Source of the DNA: Burkholderiales bacterium
GTDB lineage: Bacteria > Pseudomonadota > Gammaproteobacteria > Burkholderiales > SG8-39
Length of the DNA: 30,147 bases
Direction of reading: 5' to 3'
Assembly (NCBI GenBank): GCA_035639215.1
Contig: DASQYN010000028.1
Span: 1-30,147 of the forward strand
Position 1 is the first letter of the stretch. Each line of letters starts with the position of its first letter. The translations under genes were made by a program, and so were the position numbers. The notes below the pieces were generated by a model. The model did not search any database and was not told where the DNA came from. It worked only from the letters and a program-made list of their open reading frames with translations. Below, piece by piece: positions 1-10,567 of this stretch.

Positions 1-7
1 ATGCGCT

Positions 8-718
8 TCAGCGCAAGGGCAGAACCGCGGCCCGGGGCAGGGAATGCGCCCAGAACGCATCGCTGCGCCCGGCCTTCCCGCTTACCCAGTGCGCGATCGG
101 CGCAAACTGGCGGCACTCGGCGATCGCGAGGCCGGGCTCCATCTCGAAGATTCCCGCGCCCGTCTCCGCCGCCCTCACGAAAGCGTCGGAATCGAGCAGG
201 CGTCCGACCAGGTTCAGATTCAGCGCGTTGAGGAACCGCTGGAACGGCTCGTACACCGGCATGGAGCGGCGCACGCGGTTCGCCACGACCGCCATCCGGA
301 TGCCGCGCGCCCGCACGATGCCGGTAAGCAGCACGTCCTTGATGAACCCGACCGTGGCGTGAATGTCGATGGTCGAGGGCGTCACGGGGATGAGGACGCA
401 GCTCGCCCTTCGCACCATCTCCTGCAGCTGCACTCCGCCGGCCGCCGCCGGGGCATCGATGATCAACTGCTCGGTTTCGGGCGGCACGTACATCCCAACG
501 CCGCGCAGGCTGCCGAATCTCTCGGGGGCGGCGTTGGCGCCGTGGATCTTCGGCAGGTGCGGCGGCCGCGATTTCAGCCAATGCAGGCTCGACCCCTGCG
601 GGTCGTAGTCCATGATCGTGGTGGCGACGTTGTTGCTGGCGAAATAGCTGGCGAGATTGATGGTGAGGGTGGTCTTGCCGGCGCCGCCCTTGCGATTGAT
701 CACCAGCGTGGTGTTCAT
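8..718 (-). CDS. ParA/MinD-family ATPase (short, orphan type)
   Basis: Deviant Walker A KGGAGKTT, DYDPQGS and IIDAP motifs. GAGGTGG RBS upstream. No parB in the window. Confidence 0.85.
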   Translation of the reverse strand: MNTTLVINRKGGAGKTTLTINLASYFASNNVATTIMDYDPQGSSLHWLKSRPPHLPKIHGANAAPERFGSLRGVGMYVPPETEQLIIDAPAAAGGVQLQEMVRRASCVLIPVTPSTIDIHATVGFIKDVLLTGIVRARGIRMAVVANRVRRSMPVYEPFQRFLNALNLNLVGRLLDSDAFVRAAETGAGIFEMEPGLAIAECRQFAPIAHWVSGKAGRSDAFWAHSLPRAAVLPLR

Positions 719-836
719 GGCACCACCTCTTTTTTGTTGGAACCCCGCGCGGAAATATGCGCCGCGCGTCGAAGGAAAGCAAGCGGCCGGTCGTGACTGC
801 GATCGGCGTCGCCGCGCGGCGACAACTGTGGAATGA

Positions 837-910
837 TGGGCCGGCTTGGATTCGAACCAAGGACCAAGGGATTATGAGTCCCCTGCTCTGACCGGCTGAG
901 CTACCGGCCC
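837..910 (-). tRNA. ileX: tRNA-Ile2 (anticodon CAT, lysidine type); CCA not encoded
   Basis: Reverse complement folds as a cloverleaf: acceptor GGGCCGG/CCGGCCC, anticodon arm GGGGA-CTCATAA-TCCCT, T-loop TTCGAAT. G1-C72 excludes initiator tRNA. C4-G69/C5-G68 and the anticodon-arm pattern resemble Ile2 rather than elongator Met. Position downstream of rpoD is typical. Discriminator A is followed by TCA. Confidence 0.93.
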
Positions 911-920
911 GTGGAGCGAG

Positions 921-926
921 ACTTTA
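921..926 (-). promoter_or_regulatory. Putative -10 element (TAAAGT) for the tRNA, overlapping the upstream stop codon
   Basis: TAnnnT hexamer 10 nt before tRNA base 1. No clear -35. Confidence 0.35.
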
Positions 927-1481
927 CTTCGCCAGGGCCCGGTCGAGGAACTCCAGCCGATCCTGGCCCCAGAAGATCTCGTCGCGATAGACGTAGCTCG
1001 GCGCGCCGAAGATGCCGCGCGTCACCGCTTCGTGGGTGTAAGCAGCGTACCTCGTCTCATCGCCTGCGCTCACGCCGAATCTGGCGCCGATCTCCTCGAG
1101 GAGCGCTGGATCGGCGAGGTTGCGATCGTCGCGCCATAGCGCACTGAGGAGAGCGCCGGCGAGCGCCATGCGCTTTTCCTCTGGCGCGGCGCAGATCAGC
1201 GCGGCGGCCGGATTGCCGTTCACCGGGAAGTACCGGGGCTGGATGACGAGCGGCAGGCCGAGGTGTTCCTTCCAGCGCCTGAGCTCCATCAGCCGGTAGG
1301 CCTGGCGCTGCGGCGCGCGCTTGGGAAGTGGCAGGCCGCCCGACTGCGGGAAGACCACGCCGAAGTCCACCGGCCGCAAGCGAATCGCCGCGCCATGCCG
1401 CGTTGCGATCGCGGCGAAGCGTTCATGCCCCAGATAGGTCCAGGGCGAGCCGGGCGTCATGTAATAGTCGATCGTCTTCAC
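924..1481 (-). CDS. 2-hydroxychromene-2-carboxylate isomerase / GST-kappa / DsbA-like family protein (185 aa)
   Basis: N-terminal IDYYMTPGSPWTYLG and C-terminal GIFGAPSY...FWGQDRL motifs. Start placed at GTG 1481 (MKTIDYY). Confidence 0.85.
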   Translation of the reverse strand: MKTIDYYMTPGSPWTYLGHERFAAIATRHGAAIRLRPVDFGVVFPQSGGLPLPKRAPQRQAYRLMELRRWKEHLGLPLVIQPRYFPVNGNPAAALICAAPEEKRMALAGALLSALWRDDRNLADPALLEEIGARFGVSAGDETRYAAYTHEAVTRGIFGAPSYVYRDEIFWGQDRLEFLDRALAK

Positions 1482-1508
1482 AAATGAAAAGGGCCGCTCA
1501 CGCGGCCC
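1482..1508 (-). terminator. Intrinsic terminator after rpoD
   Basis: Hairpin GGGCCGC-GTGA-GCGGCCC followed by TTTTCATTT on the minus strand. Confidence 0.7.
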
Positions 1509-1527
1509 CAATAGGGTACGTCCCGGT

Positions 1528-3747
<2,220 letters not shown>

Positions 3748-3804
3748 CCGTCCCCCGAGGTGAACCGTTAACCCGATCGTCCTGCCAACCCAAAAGAACC
3801 GCGC

Positions 3805-3833
3805 ATTATAGTTGACCGCTCAAGGGCTTGGAA
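3805..3833 (-). promoter_or_regulatory. Internal sigma-70 promoter for rpoD
   Basis: Perfect TATAAT (3810-3805), with TTCCAA exactly 17 nt upstream at the 3' end of dnaG. Confidence 0.65.
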
Positions 3834-5565
3834 GTGCCCCGCGCAGTCTCTGATAAGCGAGATTCTTCTCGTTGAACAACACCAGATCTTCCTTGGAGCG
3901 CAGGCGGCCGCGAAGCTCGTCGAGCTCCTTCTTGCGGCTGCGCACCTCCAGGCCGGTGAGCGCGTGCTGGAACTCGCCGCGCGCCGACTCGGCGTCGAAA
4001 CCGAGATCTTCCGCATATTTCAGGGCTTTCAGCACGGTTTCAAGGCACGCCTGGCCGGCGAGGGCCTCCATGAGGAGCGCAAAGCTCATGTCCTCCGCGG
4101 CCTCGCATTTCTGCCGGATGGCGAGCAGCGCCTCGGTTTCGGGCCGATCCCCGGCGAGCTGCTCGGCGTCAATGTGCTCGACCAAGGTGAGGTCGGTGAG
4201 GAGCGCGGTCAGCAAGGTCCATTCCAGCGAGGCCGGCGCTTCGAAGCTGCGCCGCTGGGGCGCCGGACGGCTGAACCGCGGCCGCTGAGGCAGCTCGAGC
4301 AGCCGCTCGATCTCGCCTTCCGCGACGCGACCGAGCTGGGCGATCTCGTTGGTGATCTGCAGCCGCAGCGCCGGGGCGGTGATCTTTTGCACGTGCGGCT
4401 TTGCCATCGAGACGAAACGCGCCCGGCCTTCGGGGCTGGCGAGCTCGCCCTCGGAGCGAAGCTGCGCGAGGAGAAATTGCGAGAGCGTCTCCGCCTCGCG
4501 CACCCGGCGCCGGAACTCCTCCGGGCCGTGCTTGCGCACGTAGGTATCCGGGTCTTCGCCCTCGGGCAGGAAGAGGAAGCGGATCGGCTTCGCGTCGGGA
4601 GCGAGCGGCAGGCTGACCTCGAGCGCGCGCCAGGCGGCCTTGCGGCCCGCCGCATCGCCATCGAAGCAGAAGACCAGCTCGTCGGCAAGCCGAAGGAGCT
4701 TCGCCACGTGGACCGGCGTCGTCGCCGTGCCGAGCGTCGCGACCGCGTTGCCGACCCCGTACTGGGCGAGCGCCACGACGTCCATGTAGCCCTCGACCAC
4801 GAGCGCGTACCCGGCGGTGTGGATCGCGTCGCGCGCCTGCACCAGCCCGTAGAGCTCGCGCCCCTTCTCGAAGAGGGGCGTCTCCGGCGAGTTGAGATAC
4901 TTCGGCTCGCCCTCTCCCAGCACCCGGCCGCCGAAGCCGATCGCCGCACCCCGCGCGTTGAAGATCGGGAACATCACCCGATCGCGGAAGCGGTCGTAGC
5001 GCTTGCCCTCGTTCTCGATGACCAGACCCGCTTCCACGAGCGACGGTTGGGAATAGTCTGCGAAAGCCTGCTTGAGTCCTTGCCAATCATCCGGCGCATA
5101 ACCGATCCTGAAACGCGCAGCGATTTCGCCGGTGAGCCCGCGGCTTTTCAGGTACTCGATCGCCCGTGGCGATTTCTTCAGCTCGGCGCGGTAAAAGTCC
5201 ATCGCCTTCTCCAGCAGGGCGCCGAGGTCGCTCTCCCGCTCGCGCCGCGCCGCCTCCTGAGCCGTGGGCGGCCGCGACTCCGGCACCGGCATGCCGACTT
5301 GCGCGGCGAGGTCCTTGATCGCGTCGACATAGCCCATCGACGCGTAGGCCATGAGGAAGCCGATGGCATTGCCGTGCGCGCCGCAGCCGAAGCAGTGATA
5401 GAACTGCTTCGCCGGGCTGACGCTGAAGGAGGGGGTCTTCTCGCTGTGGAAGGGGCAAAGGCCGAGGTAGTTGGCGCCGCCCTTCTTCAGCTGCACGTAG
5501 CGCGAGACGACCTCGACGATGTCGACCCGGTTCAGCAGGTCCTGCTTGAACGAGTCGGGGATCAC
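3820..5565 (-). CDS. dnaG: DNA primase
   Basis: CHC2 zinc finger (CPFH...CFGC), KYLNSPET and TOPRIM EGYMDV/FDGDAAG motifs. Lies between rpsU/yqeY and rpoD. Confidence 0.99.
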   Translation of the reverse strand: MIPDSFKQDLLNRVDIVEVVSRYVQLKKGGANYLGLCPFHSEKTPSFSVSPAKQFYHCFGCGAHGNAIGFLMAYASMGYVDAIKDLAAQVGMPVPESRPPTAQEAARRERESDLGALLEKAMDFYRAELKKSPRAIEYLKSRGLTGEIAARFRIGYAPDDWQGLKQAFADYSQPSLVEAGLVIENEGKRYDRFRDRVMFPIFNARGAAIGFGGRVLGEGEPKYLNSPETPLFEKGRELYGLVQARDAIHTAGYALVVEGYMDVVALAQYGVGNAVATLGTATTPVHVAKLLRLADELVFCFDGDAAGRKAAWRALEVSLPLAPDAKPIRFLFLPEGEDPDTYVRKHGPEEFRRRVREAETLSQFLLAQLRSEGELASPEGRARFVSMAKPHVQKITAPALRLQITNEIAQLGRVAEGEIERLLELPQRPRFSRPAPQRRSFEAPASLEWTLLTALLTDLTLVEHIDAEQLAGDRPETEALLAIRQKCEAAEDMSFALLMEALAGQACLETVLKALKYAEDLGFDAESARGEFQHALTGLEVRSRKKELDELRGRLRSKEDLVLFNEKNLAYQRLRGALPSP

Positions 5566-5575
5566 GCCCCGATTT

Positions 5576-6022
5576 TCAACCCGAAAGCTTGCTCTTGACC
5601 AGACTCGAGACCTTGCCCATGTCGGCCTTGCCGGCGAGCCGCGATTTCAGGGTGGCCATGACCTTGCCCATGTCTTTCGCCGAGCTGGCGCCGCTCTGGG
5701 AGATCGCCGCATCGATCTCCCTTTGGAGGTCGGCGTCGCTCAGCTGAGCGGGCAGGTAGGCGGAGAGCACCTGCACTTCGGCCTTCTCGGCCTCGGCGAG
5801 ATCGTGGCGCGCCGCTTTCTCGAACTGCGCGATCGACTCGCGGCGCTGCTTGAGCATCTTCTCGACCACCGAGACGACGGCGGCATCGTCGAGCTCGATG
5901 CGCTCGTCGACTTCGCGCTGCTTGACCGCCGCGAGCAGCAGGCGAATGGCGGACAGCCGTGCGGCGTCCTTCGCCCGCATGGCGGCCTTCATGTCGTCCT
6001 GGATTTGCTGCTTGAGAGGGAT
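5576..6022 (-). CDS. yqeY: GatB/YqeY-domain protein; start probably the non-canonical ATC at 6022 (first ATG is at 5992)
   Basis: DMKAAMRAKD...KQRRESI..F...AR.DL..E..E...L..YLP and MGKVM motifs. In-frame PLKQQIQDD precedes the first ATG and matches the family N-terminus. Confidence 0.9.
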   Translation of the reverse strand: MPLKQQIQDDMKAAMRAKDAARLSAIRLLLAAVKQREVDERIELDDAAVVSVVEKMLKQRRESIAQFEKAARHDLAEAEKAEVQVLSAYLPAQLSDADLQREIDAAISQSGASSAKDMGKVMATLKSRLAGKADMGKVSSLVKSKLSG

Positions 6023-6027
6023 GCTAG

Positions 6028-6240
6028 TTAATACAGCTTCTGCGGCAGCATCTGGCTGCGCAGGCGCTTGTGGTGGCGCTTCACCGCGGCGGCGAGCTTG
6101 CGCTTGCGCTCGGCGGTCGGCTTCTCGTAGTACTCCCGGGAGCGCAGCTCGGTGAGAAGGCCGGTCTTCTCGACCGTGCGCTTGAAGCGGCGCATCGCCA
6201 CTTCGAACGGCTCGTTTTCCTTGACTCGAACAGTCGGCAT
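6028..6240 (-). CDS. rpsU: 30S ribosomal protein S21
   Basis: [21 protein letters not shown]...[20 protein letters not shown]. Confidence 0.99.
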   Translation of the reverse strand: MPTVRVKENEPFEVAMRRFKRTVEKTGLLTELRSREYYEKPTAERKRKLAAAVKRHHKRLRSQMLPQKLY

Positions 6241-6268
6241 CCAGGCCTCGGCCTCGTTGGGGGCGTGA

Positions 6269-6281
6269 ATTGTATCAAAAT
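6269..6281. promoter_or_regulatory. Overlapping divergent -10 elements for rpsU and tsaD
   Basis: Minus strand: extended -10 TGA-TACAAT (6277-6269). Plus strand: CAAAAT (6276-6281), 7 nt before the tsaD ATG. Confidence 0.5.
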
Positions 6282-6288
6282 CATCGGC

Positions 6289-7290
6289 ATGCTCGTCCTC
6301 GGAATCGAGACCTCGTGCGATGAGACCGGCGTGGCGCTGTACGACGCGGGCGCGCGGCGCCTGCTAGCGCACGCCGTGCATTCCCAGGTCGACATGCACG
6401 AGGCGTACGGAGGCGTGGTGCCGGAACTCGCCTCCCGCGACCACATCCGGCGCCTGGTGCCGCTCGCACGGCGGGTCATGGCTTCTTCCAGCAAGGGATT
6501 CTTCGATCTCTCGGCCATCGGCTACACCGCCGGCCCGGGCCTCGCCGGCGCCCTCCTCGTCGGCGCCTCGTTCGCCGAAGGCCTCGCGCTAGCGCTGGGC
6601 ATCCCCGCGCTTGGCATCCACCACCTCGAGGGCCATCTTCTCTCGCCGCTCCTTTCGGCGCGCGCGCCGCAGTTTCCTTTCGTCGCCCTCCTCGTGTCCG
6701 GCGGGCACACGCAGCTGATGCGGGTGGATCGCCCGGGCGAGTACTTGCTTCTCGGCGAGACCCACGACGATGCGGCCGGTGAAGCGTTCGACAAGACCGC
6801 CCAGGTGCTCGGCCTTGGCTACCCTGGCGGCCCGGCGGTCTCGGCGCTAGCCGATCGCGGAACCCCGGGCCGCCATCGGCTGCCGCGCCCGATGCTCGGG
6901 AGCGGCGACCTCGATTTCAGCTTTTCCGGCCTGAAGACCGCGGTGCTCGGGCTCGCACGTCAGGAAGGCAACGCGGCCCGCGCCGATATCGCTCGCGGGT
7001 TTGTCGACGCGGTGGTCGAAGTGCTCGTGACCAAGGCATTGCGGGCGTTGGAAACCACCGGCTTGACCCGGCTCGTCGTGGCGGGCGGCGTCGGCGCCAA
7101 CCGACAGCTCCGGGCAGCGCTCGACGCGCGTTGTGCGCAAGCCGGATTCGACGTGTATTACCCGGAGCCGGAACTCTGTACCGACAATGGCGCGATGATC
7201 GCCTATGCCGCGGCGCTGCGCCTTCCCGCCGAGGAGGGCCGTGGCGCCTTCACCGTGCGCCCGCGCTGGCCGCTCGAAGCGATCGCCTAA
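6289..7290 (+). CDS. tsaD: tRNA N6-adenosine threonylcarbamoyltransferase TsaD (333 aa)
   Basis: [46 protein letters not shown] and TDNGAM motifs. Start trimmed to ATG 6289. Confidence 0.98.
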   Translation: MLVLGIETSCDETGVALYDAGARRLLAHAVHSQVDMHEAYGGVVPELASRDHIRRLVPLARRVMASSSKGFFDLSAIGYTAGPGLAGALLVGASFAEGLALALGIPALGIHHLEGHLLSPLLSARAPQFPFVALLVSGGHTQLMRVDRPGEYLLLGETHDDAAGEAFDKTAQVLGLGYPGGPAVSALADRGTPGRHRLPRPMLGSGDLDFSFSGLKTAVLGLARQEGNAARADIARGFVDAVVEVLVTKALRALETTGLTRLVVAGGVGANRQLRAALDARCAQAGFDVYYPEPELCTDNGAMIAYAAALRLPAEEGRGAFTVRPRWPLEAIA

Positions 7291-7880
7291 GTGGTCGTCT
7301 TCTTAGCGCCGATGCGCGACTCGGTCCCGGCCATCAGCCGGGCGATGTTCTCGCGGTGGCGCCAGACGAGAAGCGCGGCCATAGCGAGCACCACGGCGAA
7401 TGTCGCGCCGAAGCCGAAAAGCAGCGCCGCGAAGAACGGCGCGAACGCCGCGGCCACGAGCGCCGCGAGCGAGGAATAGCGCAGGAACGCAGCGATGATG
7501 ATCCAGGTCGCCACCGTGCCGAGGCCGAGGCGCCAGTCAAGCGCGAAGAGCACGCCCGCAGCCGTGGCCACGCCCTTGCCGCCCTGGAAGCGGTGCCAGG
7601 CGGGGAACAGATGGCCGAGGAACGCGGCGAGCCCCGCATACGGCGCCGCTTCGGGCAAATAGCGGCTCGCGACCAGGACCGCGACCAGCCCTTTCAGCGC
7701 ATCGCCGGCGAGCGTCAGCACGGCGGCCGCTTTCCTTCCGGTGCGCAACACGTTCGTCGCGCCCGGATTCTTCGAGCCGTAGCTCCGTGGATCGGGCAGG
7801 CGCATGAGCCGGCTCACGACGATCGCGAACGACACCGAGCCGAGCAGGTACGCAGCGATCGCTGCGAGCAGGGTGGGCAC
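7287..7880 (-). CDS. plsY: Glycerol-3-phosphate acyltransferase PlsY
   Basis: [29 protein letters not shown] and RHRENIARL motifs. Confidence 0.97.
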   Translation of the reverse strand: MPTLLAAIAAYLLGSVSFAIVVSRLMRLPDPRSYGSKNPGATNVLRTGRKAAAVLTLAGDALKGLVAVLVASRYLPEAAPYAGLAAFLGHLFPAWHRFQGGKGVATAAGVLFALDWRLGLGTVATWIIIAAFLRYSSLAALVAAAFAPFFAALLFGFGATFAVVLAMAALLVWRHRENIARLMAGTESRIGAKKTTT

Positions 7881-7884
7881 GCGC

Positions 7885-7900
7885 CGATTCTATAGAATCG
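7885..7900. promoter_or_regulatory. 16-bp palindrome forming a symmetric bidirectional -10 (TAGAAT on both strands)
   Basis: CGATTCTATAGAATCG sits inside the 28-bp plsY/folB gap. Confidence 0.65.
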
Positions 7901-7908
7901 TCCGCAAC

Positions 7909-8259
7909 ATGGACGCGATCGTGATCCGCGAGCTGCGCGTCGAGGCGCTGATCGGCATCCACCGCCGCGAGCGGCATGTGGCGCAGACGCTGTCCATCGA
8001 TTTGGAGATCGGCCTGCCGAGCGATGCGGTGTTCGCGAGCGACAAGGTCGCCGACACGATCGACTACGAGCAAGTGGCGCTGAGGATCCGCGCGCTCGCG
8101 GCGAGCGGCCACTTCCGCCTGGTGGAGACCTTCGCCGATCGCATCGCGCAGCTTCTGCTCGGCGAGCTCGGCGCGCCATGGGCGCGCGTCAGCGTCGCCA
8201 AGGTCGGCATCCTCGGCAACGCGAAGTATGTCGGCGTGACGATCGAGCGACAACGATAG
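7909..8259 (+). CDS. folB: Dihydroneopterin aldolase (116 aa)
   Basis: IGIH..E...Q....D, TIDY and LVET motifs plus the conserved C-terminal Lys. Divergent from plsY as in many proteobacteria. Confidence 0.93.
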   Translation: MDAIVIRELRVEALIGIHRRERHVAQTLSIDLEIGLPSDAVFASDKVADTIDYEQVALRIRALAASGHFRLVETFADRIAQLLLGELGAPWARVSVAKVGILGNAKYVGVTIERQR

Positions 8260-8268
8260 GCCGCGCCT

Positions 8269-9225
8269 TCAGTTTGCCTTGATGCCCGCTTTGCGCACCA
8301 CCTCGCCCCAGGTCTTCTGCTCGGCAGCGATATAGGCGGCGTACTCTTCGGGGGTCGAGCCGACCGCTTCCGCGCTGTCCGCGGCGAGGCGCTCGATGAC
8401 CGAAGGCTGCTTCGCCGCCTTCGCCGCTTCCTCCGCGAGGCGCCGGAGGATCGGCATCGGCGTCCTGGCCGGCGCGTTAAGGCCGTACCACTGCGCCGTC
8501 TCGAAGCCGGGATAGCCCTGCTCGGCCACCGTGGCGACCTCCGGCAGGATGCTCAGGCGCTTCGCCGAGCCGACGGCGATCGCCCGCAGCTTGCCGGATT
8601 TCACGTGCGGTAGAAGCGGCGGCGTGCCGGCGGCGGTCATCTGGGTGCGGCCGGCCAGCAGATCGATCAGGTTTGGCCCGGTGCCCTTGTAGGGCACGTG
8701 AACGATGTCGATGCCAGAGACGAGCTTGAAGTACTCGATCGCGAGGTGCCCGGCGCTGCCGTTTCCCGCCGAGCCGTAGTACAGCTTGCCGGGCTGCTGC
8801 TTGGCCAGCGCGACGAACTCGCGCAAGTCCTTCGCCGCGACGGCGGCGTGCACGACGAATATCTGCGGCACCTTGGCGAACAACGATACCGCCGCGAAGT
8901 CGCGGTTCGTGTCGAAGGCCAGCTTGTCGTACATGAACGGGTTCACCGCGAGCGTGCCGATATGGCCGATGATCAGGGTATAGCCGTCGGGGTCGGCGCG
9001 CGCCACCTCGGCCATCGCCACGTTGCCGCCTCCGCCGCCCTTGTTGTCGATGACGATCGGCTGCCCCAGTCCCTTCTCCATCTCGGCCGCGAACGCGCGC
9101 GCGATGATGCTGCTCGAGCCGCCGGGCGCGAACGGCACGACGAGGCGGATCGGCTTGGCCGGCCAGGTCTGCGCCTGGACCGTGCACACCATGAGCACCG
9201 CAAACATGCCTATCAGTCGCAGCAT
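8269..9225 (-). CDS. Bug/TctC-family tripartite tricarboxylate transporter substrate-binding protein
   Basis: Signal peptide, PIRLVVPFAPGG, HVPYKG and W..L.APA.TP motifs. Confidence 0.93.
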   Translation of the reverse strand: MLRLIGMFAVLMVCTVQAQTWPAKPIRLVVPFAPGGSSSIIARAFAAEMEKGLGQPIVIDNKGGGGGNVAMAEVARADPDGYTLIIGHIGTLAVNPFMYDKLAFDTNRDFAAVSLFAKVPQIFVVHAAVAAKDLREFVALAKQQPGKLYYGSAGNGSAGHLAIEYFKLVSGIDIVHVPYKGTGPNLIDLLAGRTQMTAAGTPPLLPHVKSGKLRAIAVGSAKRLSILPEVATVAEQGYPGFETAQWYGLNAPARTPMPILRRLAEEAAKAAKQPSVIERLAADSAEAVGSTPEEYAAYIAAEQKTWGEVVRKAGIKAN

Positions 9226-9239
9226 CTTTCCTCCCTGGG

Positions 9240-9710
9240 CTAGTCTCTGAGCGCCACCCCGACCGGGACCGGTGACAGCAGGCGCGACAGCTCGGCGGGC
9301 GCGATGCGCACGAGGAGGCCGCGTCGCCCGCCGTTAATGTAAATGAGCGGCAGTTCGAGGATCGAGCGCTCGACGTAGACCGGCAGCGGCTTGCGCAGCC
9401 CGAAGGGCGAGGTGCCGCCGACCTGGTAGCCGGTGTGGCGTTGCGCCGCTTCCGGCTTGCAGGGCGCAATGCGCTTGCGGCCCGCCTGGCGGGCGAGCTC
9501 CTTGGTAGAGACTTTGCAGTCGCCGTGCATCAGGACGATGAGCGGCGAGCGCTCGTCGTCCTCCATGACCAGGGTCTTCACCACCTCGTGCTCGGGCACG
9601 CCGAGCGACTTGGAGGACACCGCGGTGCCGCTGTGCTCGACGTATTCGTAGACGTGCTCGGTGTAGCGCACGCCGTGCTGGTCGAGGAATCGGGTGGCCG
9701 GCGTCTTCAT
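9240..9710 (-). CDS. ybaK: YbaK/EbsC-family aminoacyl-tRNA deacylase (Cys-tRNA(Pro) type, 156 aa)
   Basis: MKTPA start overlapping the xerD stop (ATGA). VVKTL and GYQVGGTSPFG motifs. Confidence 0.92.
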   Translation of the reverse strand: MKTPATRFLDQHGVRYTEHVYEYVEHSGTAVSSKSLGVPEHEVVKTLVMEDDERSPLIVLMHGDCKVSTKELARQAGRKRIAPCKPEAAQRHTGYQVGGTSPFGLRKPLPVYVERSILELPLIYINGGRRGLLVRIAPAELSRLLSPVPVGVALRD

Positions 9711-10567
9711 CCGCGGGGGTGGTGCTTCGCATGCAGCTGCTTCAGGCGCTCGCGCGCGACGTGCGTATAGATCTGCGTGGTCGAGATGTCGGCGTGCCCG
9801 AGCAGCATCTGCACCACCCGCAGGTCCGCACCATGGTTGATGAGGTGCGTCGCGAAGGCGTGGCGAAGCACGTGCGGCGAGAGGCGCTTGCCCGGAATCG
9901 CGCGCGCGCCGTAGCGGCGGATCAGGTGCCAGAACGCCTGCCGGGTCATCGCGCCGCCGCGGGCCGTGACGAACAGCGCGTCGGCCTCGCCCTTGCGCTC
10001 GCTCAGGTACCTGGAGATCCACTCGACCGCCTCTTCGCCGAGCGGCACCAGGCGCTCCTTCGATCCCTTGCCGAGCACGCGCACCACGCCGGCGTCGAGG
10101 TTCACCTCGAAGCGCTTCAATGCCACGAGCTCCGAGACGCGAAGGCCGGTCGCATAAAGCGTCTCGAGCATCGCGCGGTCGCGCAGCCCGAGCTGCGTCG
10201 CCACGTCGGGCGCGCCGAGCAGCGCCTCGACGTCGCTCTCCGAGAGCGTCCTCGGAAAGCGCGGCGCGCGCTTCGGCGGATCGAGCTTGAGCGTCGGGTC
10301 GGCGGCGAGGCGCCGCTCGCGCACGCAGTACCGGTAGAAGCGCTTCAGGCTCGAGACGCGCCGCGCGGCGCTTGTCGCACGGCCGGCTTTCGCTGCCAAG
10401 AAGGCGAAAAGATCCGCTTCGCTCAGCTCGACGAGCGGCTTGCCGAGCGAGCCGCAGACCTGCTCGAGATCGGCGCGGTAGGCGGCGATGGTGTTTTTCG
10501 AAAGGCCGTCTTCCAGCCAGAGCGCATCGCAGAAGGCGTCGACCAGCGCCGCGTCGGCGTCCCTCAG
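9707..10567 (-). CDS. xerD: Site-specific tyrosine recombinase XerD; start probably CTG at 10567
   Basis: LWLEDGLSKNT..AYR.DL, LYATGLRVSEL, GKGSKER, HVLRHAFATH and LGHADISTTQIY motifs. ogt-xerD-ybaK order. Confidence 0.95.
   Translation of the reverse strand: MRDADAALVDAFCDALWLEDGLSKNTIAAYRADLEQVCGSLGKPLVELSEADLFAFLAAKAGRATSAARRVSSLKRFYRYCVRERRLAADPTLKLDPPKRAPRFPRTLSESDVEALLGAPDVATQLGLRDRAMLETLYATGLRVSELVALKRFEVNLDAGVVRVLGKGSKERLVPLGEEAVEWISRYLSERKGEADALFVTARGGAMTRQAFWHLIRRYGARAIPGKRLSPHVLRHAFATHLINHGADLRVVQMLLGHADISTTQIYTHVARERLKQLHAKHHPRG

Noticed and set aside
808-823. 16-bp palindrome GTCGCCGCGCGGCGAC between the tRNA and parA, considered as parS or a terminator
   Set aside because: No resemblance to the parS consensus, no U-tract, and GC-rich palindromes are common at this composition. 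At most a processing or Rho-linked hairpin.
837-910. tRNA-Met or fMet assignment from the CAT anticodon
   Set aside because: G1-C72 pairing, C4-G69/C5-G68 and the anticodon-arm sequence fit Ile2 better.
3964-5598. 544-aa ORF antisense to dnaG, and similar long antisense ORFs at 11091-12893, 13963-15633, 25385-26647 and 28647-30101
   Set aside because: Each mirrors a well-supported gene on the other strand, with Arg/Ala/Gly-rich shadow composition and no RBS or domain evidence.
9707-10567. Tyrosine recombinase as a phage or island integrase
   Set aside because: It has XerD-specific termini and sits in a housekeeping ogt-xerD-ybaK context. No att or dif site was recognised.
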